NCBI GenBank assembly: GCA_042408215.1
Contig: JAYFMW010000030.1
Coordinates: forward strand, 1-64,000
Length of the DNA: 64,000 bases
Source of the DNA: Microcoleus sp.
GTDB lineage: Bacteria > Cyanobacteriota > Cyanobacteriia > Cyanobacteriales > Microcoleaceae
Direction: 5' to 3'
Each line of letters opens with the position of its first letter. Within the stretch, counting starts at the first letter, position 1. Positions 56,438-64,000 of this stretch are shown piece by piece. Both the position numbers and the translations under genes were made by a program. Below the pieces are notes generated by a model. It saw nothing but the letters and a program-made list of their open reading frames with translations. It made no database searches and had not been told where the DNA came from.

Positions 56438-59400
56438 GTAGGGGCGATTGGGACGGGAGAAACGGGCAGCAATACGGGCGGCTCGACTGGTTTGTATCCC
56501 GTGAAGCTGGAAGCATCAGACGGGCGCGGTGGCAAGGATATCCAAGAATACAGCATTCGGGTGTGGCCCGACCCGACCAACAGCAACCCGGTTATCGTCA
56601 GCGACCCCATAGTCCGCTTCGGACTGGACGATAAAATTTACCGCTATCAGTTGAAAGCGGTTGACCCCGACGGCGACCGACTCAAATACCGCTTGGTTGA
56701 CGGTCCCCTGGGGGCATTGATTGACGGCGATAGCGGAGAATTGCTGTGGTTCCCAGAAAATGTTTTACCCGGAAGTAAGGCTGACTTTACTGTGGAGGTG
56801 GCAGACCCGCGCGGTGGTAAGGGCTTGCAAACTTTCCGCGTCGATGCTTACGGTGCTTTGGGTAAAATTCAGGGAGCCGTATTTGACGATTTAAACGGCA
56901 ACGGTTTCCGCGATTCTAAATTAGTTAAAGGTAACAATCCGGCGATCGTGATGGCGATCGATGTTTCTGGCAGCACGGCTGCTCCGTTTGATGGCCCGGC
57001 TGGAGTAGATAACGTTCTCAAGGCTCAAGTCGCCGCCACCCTAACTCTCATCGATACATTAATAGCTCAAGGTTTGGGAGATAGAGTCAATATCGGCTTG
57101 ATTCCCCATCAATACACCGCCCAAATTCAAGATATGGACCCCGCAACGCCGGGAGTTCAGTTCTACACGACGCCCAACGCAGATAAAAACAACAACGGCA
57201 TCCCCGATATTCGGGAAATTCTGGCAAGCAGCACTTACACTGTGCCCAACGGTCACAATGACTTTACCAAAGCCGTACAGGCGATCGACCTTCTTGTTCC
57301 TTTGATGCCGGGAGATAAGAATGTTATCTTCATGTCCGACGGCTACGGTGCTCTAGATGCCACTGTTGCAGCTCTCGTGGGGGCCGACCTCAAAACTAAA
57401 GGCATCGGCTTGACAGCCTTCGGAATCGGCAAATATTCGACCCTGGATACCATCAAAAAACTCGACCCCGATGCGGTGATTTTGAGCGATATCGACCAGT
57501 TAAGCAGCGTTTTCGGCGGTTTTGACCCCCGCTACACTCTAGAGCCTTTAATGGAAAACGTGCCGGTCTATCTGGATATTAACAACAACGGCATACTAGA
57601 CCCCAACGAACCGAAGCAGTTGACCAAAAAGGACGATTCTGAGTCGAATCTGGGCAAAACCAACTATCAGTTTACTTTTGACAACTTAGTGCCCGGTACT
57701 TACAAAGTGCGAACTGTAGCGCCCAGCGGCTACACGCAGACAGCACCTAGTACCTCGGTTTTCACGGATACCGTGACAACTGCGGGGCAAACTTTTACTC
57801 ACTTGTTCGGCGTGCATAAAGGTTCGCAAGAGCGGCCTAACTCCGACCCCACTTTTTTGACGGCTGCGCCAACAACGAAGTTGAAAGCTGGGGAATCCCT
57901 AGTTTACAGGGCTTTGGCTTCTGACCCGGATGCCGACGAGGTAACATACGGTTTGGTTCTGAACCCGACTGGAATGAGCGTAGACCCGAAGAACGGTACT
58001 GTAGTTTGGACTCCGACGGCTACTCAGGTTGAGGAATATTATAAAGAGCTACGGGCGACGCGCGATCGTTTGATTGCTTTCGGTCGAAGGGAGGCGGCAC
58101 CCTCTACGGTGAAGTTCAATGTCGTCCTGCGGGCATCTGACGGGAAAGGCGGTCAAGCTTTGCAGTACGTCGAGGTGGAACTGATACCGCCCAACAATCC
58201 TCCCGTCTTTACATCTGCTGCGCCATCCAAAGAGCAACCTCAAGCGGGTAAGCGCTTCGAGTATCGCGCGGTAGCGGAGGATGCTGACGGCGATAATATT
58301 GTTTATACGATTTTACCCGGTGCACCGATTGGTGCCGCAATTAACGCGACTACCGGACTGGTAACTTGGACGCCGACAGCGGGACAGTTGGGAACGAATT
58401 CATTCACCGTCAAAGCCACTGACAGTAAGGGCTCAGAAGCCAAGTTAGAAGTGCCGCTGCGGGTAATTGAAGCGATTCCCAACCGCCCTCCTGACATTAC
58501 ATCCAGCCCCCGCACAGTAGCCCGCACCGGCAACGGGTACTTCTACAAACTCGCTGCCACCGACCCCGACGGCAATCCCATCACCTTTACTTTAGTTTCT
58601 AAGCCAATTGGAATGACTGTTGATGCGGAGGGTTTAGTGTCTTGGATTCCAACAGCTTCGCAAACCGGCCCCATCGCAGTGTCGGTGTTGGCTAACGACG
58701 GCTTTGGGGGAAGCGACACTCAATCCTGGACTGTTAATGTCTCTAATTCGGCCGTTAACCGACCTCCAAGTATTACTTCGACACCGGATACGGTTACTAA
58801 TTTGGAACGAGTTTATCGCTACCAGTTAACAGCTACCGACCCCGAAGGAGACTATTTGCTGTGGAGTTTGGATAATGCTCCCAAGGGTATGGTAATCGAT
58901 GCTAAAACAGGCAGTCTTAGCTGGCAGCCAACTCCCGAACAAATTGGGGAACAGACTATTGCAGTGCGAGTGACTGATGCTAAGGGTTCTTATGTGGGTC
59001 AGGAATTCAGTTTAAAGGTAACAGGAATTAACACGCCACCTGCAATTGTTTCGGTTCCAGTCACAGTCGCCGGAATCAATCAAACCTACAAATATCAAGT
59101 AATCGGAACCGACCCGGAAAACGATGCCCTGCGTTATAGTTTGGGAACCAAACCAGAAGGCATGAAGATTGACCAAAAGACTGGTTTGATTGAATGGACT
59201 CCGGCTACTAATGCTGTAGGTTCTCTTGAAGTAGAGGTTTTAGCAACAGATACCCAGGGGGCGGTGGGGAATCAGAGATTTGCAGTATCTGTGGGCACTA
59301 CTGCTATCAATCAGCCTCCAACTGTAGTTTCCAGCCCCGTATTTGCAGCATCTTTAGGGAGTGCGTACACCTATACAGTACAAGCGACTGACCCGGATGG

Positions 59401-62400
59401 TAACGCTTTAACTTATCAATTATTGAAAGCACCAATGGGGATGGCAATTAATCCGACAACTGGATTGCTAACTTGGGCTAATCCGACTGCTGGAAATCAT
59501 CAAATAGTAGTCGGTGCTATAGATACTGGCGGTTTGGGGGCAGCCCAAGGTTTCACATTAACTGCGAGGGCAAATTCTGCGCCAGTTATTCCTACCGTAC
59601 CTGCTCAGCAATCTGTTGCGATGGGTGCTACTTATCGTTACGATTTAAAGGCAACTGATGTTGAGGGAGATTTGCTTTCTTATTCTCTGTTGCAATCTCC
59701 AAATGGCATGACTGTTGATGAATTTGGGCGGATTAGTTGGGTTCCTAAATCGAATGATGTCGGTACGACTAAACCGGTACAAATTGCGATTACCGATACG
59801 TTTGGCAAGACTGTTACTGTTTCCTACAATTTAAGCGTTGTTGCCGATACTGTCGCACCGAAAGTCAATCTAATTGCAAGCTCGAATGCGGCTAATGTTG
59901 GGGAGTCGGTTACGTTTACAGTCAATGCTGTCGATAACGTGAAAGTGGAATCTTTGGGTTTGACGATTAACGGCACTCCGGTTGTCATAGATGCACAAGG
60001 CAAGGCAACTGTCAAGTTAAATAACTTAACTCCCATCACGGCAATTGCCACAGCTAAAGATGCGGCTGGAAATGTGGGGAATGCGACTCAAGTTGTCAGG
60101 GCAATTGATACTAGCGATGTCAACGCGCCAATTATCAACATCAGTTTAGAAGATGATGTTGATGTTTCTGCACCTCTGGTAATTCGAGGTACGATAACTG
60201 ACAGCAATTTGGATTACTATACTTTGTCAGTAGCCCCGGTTGGTAGCAGTCAATTTAAGGAAGTTTATCGGGGAACGAATGCTGTCAATAATGAAGTAAT
60301 TGCGACATTTGACCCGACTGTTTTGGCTAACGGGGCTTACGTTCTCAAATTCACTGCTTTCGATACCAACGGTAACGGTTCGACTACTGAAAGAACGGTG
60401 AATGTTGCGGGCGATTTGAAGTTGGGGAATTTCCGGTTGTCGTTTACTGATTTGACGGTTCCGGTGGCGGGTATTCCGATTAACGTGACTCGGACTTACG
60501 ATTCTTTGAATGCGAATTCCAGCGATGATTTCGGTTACGGCTGGCGGATGGAATTCCGGGATACTGATTTGAAGACTTCGTTAAAAGCTGACCCGACTTA
60601 CGAGGAGTTGGGGATAAATACTGTACCGTTTGACAGCAAGACTAAGGTGTTTATTACGTTACCTGGTGGTAAGCGGGAAACCTTTACTTTTAAGCCGACT
60701 CCGCATCATCTGAATCAGTATTTAGGAGGGGCTGGGCCGGGGGCTCAGATGTTCAAACCTGCTTTTGAGTCTCAGAAAGGTTCGACGGTGACTCTGACGG
60801 TTAAGGATGCGAATTTGATACGGAATGAGAACGGGTATTATGGGGTGAACGGGCAGCCTTTCAATCCCGAAAATCCGGCGTTTGGTAGTGTTTATGTGTT
60901 GACGACTCTTGAGGGATTGGTTTACGAGATTGATGCGAAGTCTGGGGATTTGCTGACTGCGACAGATGCGAATGGGAATAAGCTATCTTTTAGCGATGCG
61001 GGGATTAAGAGTAGTACGGGTAAGTCGGTGACTTTTGAGAGGGATTTTGCTGGGAGGATTGTCGGTGTTGTTGACCCGGATGGGAAGAAGGTTAAGTACG
61101 AATACGATGCGAAAGGGGATTTGGTTGCTGTTAAGGATAGGGAGAATAATACTACGACTTTTAAGTATGAAGATGAAGACAGACCGCACTTTTTAACTGA
61201 GGTTATCGATTCGTTGGGACGCAGTGGAGTTAAGACTGAATACGACGATTCCGGCCGCCTCAAGCAGATGGTGGATGCGAATGGTTCGGCGGTGGAGTTG
61301 GTTTACGACCCGAATAATTCGATTCAGAAGGTTAAGGATGTTTTCGGTAAGGAAACTACTTACGTTTACGACAGTCGCGGGAATATTTTAACTGAAATCG
61401 ACCCGTTAGGGAAGCGGATTGACAGGACTTACGATGCGGATAACAACGTTCTGACTGAAACCGATGGCGATGGAGTTACAACTAAATTTACCTACGACAA
61501 TCGCAGAAACCTCCTGACAATTGAAGATGAAGGCGACAACATCACTCGCATGACCTACGACAACCAAGGTCGCGCCACTTCAATCGTCTCGCCGACAGGT
61601 CTGAAAACCTCAGCTAAATACGACAGCCGCGGTAACTTAATTGAAAGCGTTGACACCGACAATCTAAAAACAACTTACACCTACAACGCGCGCGGTCAAC
61701 TGCTAACTCAAACCGCACCCGACGGTCAAGTTAATAAGTTTGAATACGACGATGCAGGTAACATCAAACGCACGATTGACAGTCGCGGGAATCAGGTTGA
61801 TTTTGATTACAATTCCAACAGCAGAATTGAAGTTGCTACAACTACATTTACCCTCAACGGTCAAACCCATACTTTGAAGATGGAATACGACTACGATAGC
61901 GAGGGTCGAATCGTTGCTAGCAGAACCAGTCAGGGTAACAACCAATCGGTAATTTACGATGCCTTGGGACGGGTAAAATCGGCAACTGACGTATTCGGCA
62001 ACGTCACGACTTACCGCTACGATTTGCCGCTATCCCCTGGAGAAAACACCACTTTAATTGCAGGCGCAGGGCGGGCAGTTACTCGCATCGACGAAGTTAC
62101 TTTGCCCGACAACACGCCAACCAACAGCACCGACAATCCGAAAGTAATTAACAAGTACGATGCCGCCAACAATCTCATCGCCCAAATCTCTCCCACCGGA
62201 CTAGAAACCCGCTACGTTTACGATGCTTTGAACCGACGGACAGAGACAATCATACCCGATAAAACTCCCCTCGATTGGACTGACAATCTCAGGACGAAAA
62301 CCGAATACTCCGACGGCAATCGAATTAAGTCGCAAACCGATATCTGGGGCAACAAAACCCAATATTTTTACAACGATATCGGTCAAATCGTGCGAGTTTT

Positions 62401-64000
62401 AGATGTTTTCAACAAGCCGACAACCTACACCTATAACGCAGGCGGTCAAGTCGAAACAATTATCGATTACCGCAACCGTAAAACTCAATACGTTTACGAT
62501 GACAAAGCGCGAGTTAAGGAAGTTATTTCCTTTGATAATTCCCGATTTAAATTAACCTACGATGAATTGGGTCGGCTCAAAACTGAAACCAACGAACTGA
62601 ATCAAACCACCACCTACGAATACGATGCCAAAAGTCAAGTCAAAGCGGTTATTAACGCCCTAAACGAACGCACTGAATTTGAATACGACAAGCGTCGCAA
62701 TTTAGTTCGAGTTACCGATGCACTCTTACAATCGACTAGCTTCAAATACGACGAATACGGGCAGCAAGTAGAAACGATTTTCCAAAACGGCGACAAAGTT
62801 GCGATGGGTTACGACCGATTCGGCCGCCTCACCAGTGCCAGAGATGAAAATCTCAACCAGACCAAATACACCTACGACAATCTCAGCCAACTCACTAAAA
62901 TAGAACAGCCCAAGCAGTTAGTTAACGGTCAGTTGGAAGATACTTTCACTGAGTATACTTACGACAATCTATCTCGCTTGAAACAGGTCGAGGATGCTAA
63001 CAAAAACGTCACCGCTTTTGAGTACGATGAATTCTCCCGCCCGAAAGCAACTGTTTTGCCACTGGGTCAAAGAAACCTCACCGCTTACAACAAGTTCGGG
63101 CAAGTTAAATCTGCTACTGATTTCAACGGTGATACGATTAATTACAGTTACGATCCGTTTGGGCGTTTGGATGGCAAAACTTTTACCGATCCGAACATTC
63201 CTGCTGTTTCTTATGCCTACGACCCGGTAACAACTAATCTGGCAACTGTTACGGACGGGCGCGGGGTGACTGGCTACGGTTACGACAATTACGACAGGTT
63301 GCAAACCATTACGACGCCAGACCAAAAAGTCGTTCAATACGGCTACGATTTGTTGGACAACATTACTTCTTTGGTAACGCCAACGGGAACGACAACTTAC
63401 GGTTACGATTCGTTGAATCGCTTGGATACTGTTTCTAAAGGCACTCGGGTTCTGGCGGATTACGATTACAACAAAGTTGGCAATCTCTCTGAAATTAAGT
63501 TGGCTGACAGTTCTGTAGAGTCACGCAAATACGATTCTCGCAACCGCTTGGAACAAATCACTACCAAAAATTCTACGGGGACGGTGTTCAGCGATTTCAA
63601 ATACACTCTGGATGGGGTTGGGAACCGCAAGAAAGTTGAAGAGTACGGCGGCCGCACTGTCGATTACATTTACGACCCCCTCAACCGATTGACTCAAGAA
63701 AAGATGGCGGGCGGTGTTACTGGAAATCGCACGGTTGATTACACTTACGATTTGGCGGGAAATCGCTTGACTCGCAACGATTCGGCGGCGGGATTGGCGT
63801 CTTATTCCTACGATAAAAACAACCGCTTGCAACAGTTAACTCAAAAAAGTCAAACAACTTTGTTTGGTTACGACAGTAACGGTTCGCTGAAACAGCAATC
63901 TGACGGTACTCAAACTGTTAACTACGATTGGATTAATGATGGGGAAAATCGTTTGAAGCGAGTGACTGATTCGGGAGCAGGAGGGACTTCTCAAACTGAT
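56438..64000 (+). CDS. Rhs cassette 8 (partial; open to the window end, not in the ORF track): Ig repeats, vWA, cassette-6-type Rhs cage
   Basis: Reads VGAIGTGETGSNTGGSTGLYPVK from 56438 (GTA where cassette 3 has GTG). The same frame was checked at 57101, 58082, 60602 and 63962. 61430 onward parallels 50096 onward. Confidence 0.88.

Noticed and set aside
1589..63832. Numerous minus-strand and alternate-frame ORFs, some recurring (e.g. MRSVLIFILKPS..., MPMRATVRGL...)
   Set aside because: Shadows of the long + strand genes; they recur only because the underlying DNA is duplicated.
13728..64000. Diversity-generating retroelement or invertase shufflon explaining the repeats
   Set aside because: No reverse transcriptase or recombinase in the window, differences are not adenine-specific, and all cassettes are direct repeats.
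1467..64000. Type VI secretion (VgrG/PAAR) or two-partner CDI classification
   Set aside because: No PAAR, VgrG, Eag, TPS/FHA or CdiB features seen.

Overview
The window is one giant, same-strand (+) Rhs/YD-repeat polymorphic-toxin locus. It probably comes from a filamentous cyanobacterium (Microcoleus/Oscillatoria-like; inferred from HIP1 GCGATCGC sites and DUF4114/He_PIG/PPC domain content). A ~1.4 kb non-coding leader precedes a 7061-aa adhesin-toxin. Its order is: disordered S/T/P/E repeats, 2x DUF4114-like, cadherin-like/He_PIG repeats, a ~2,280-aa PPC-like array, vWA, Rhs cage and a NucA/NucB-type DNase tip, followed by an immunity gene. Downstream are seven N-terminally truncated Rhs cassettes. 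Six have a visible tip plus immunity gene: PD-(D/E)XK with TPR, deaminase with SUKH, 2x PD-DXK with ankyrin, and 2x HINT-linked small toxin with small immunity protein. The seventh runs off the window end. The most striking unexplained signals are five. (1) Every toxin released at the DPxG site starts with a type-IV-pilin-like helix (F1/E5/I12/L16, even P22). (2) Two unrelated immunity proteins end in the same SSB-tail-like IDEEIPF. (3) A twice-present unit of promoter, conserved hypothetical gene and Rhs starts at the second half of an Ig domain that is split in the main protein. (4) An RGD loop co-varies with the vWA domain. (5) The cassettes form two tiers, swapping either the whole cage or only the tip. 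All domain calls come from motif recognition by eye; no database searches were run.
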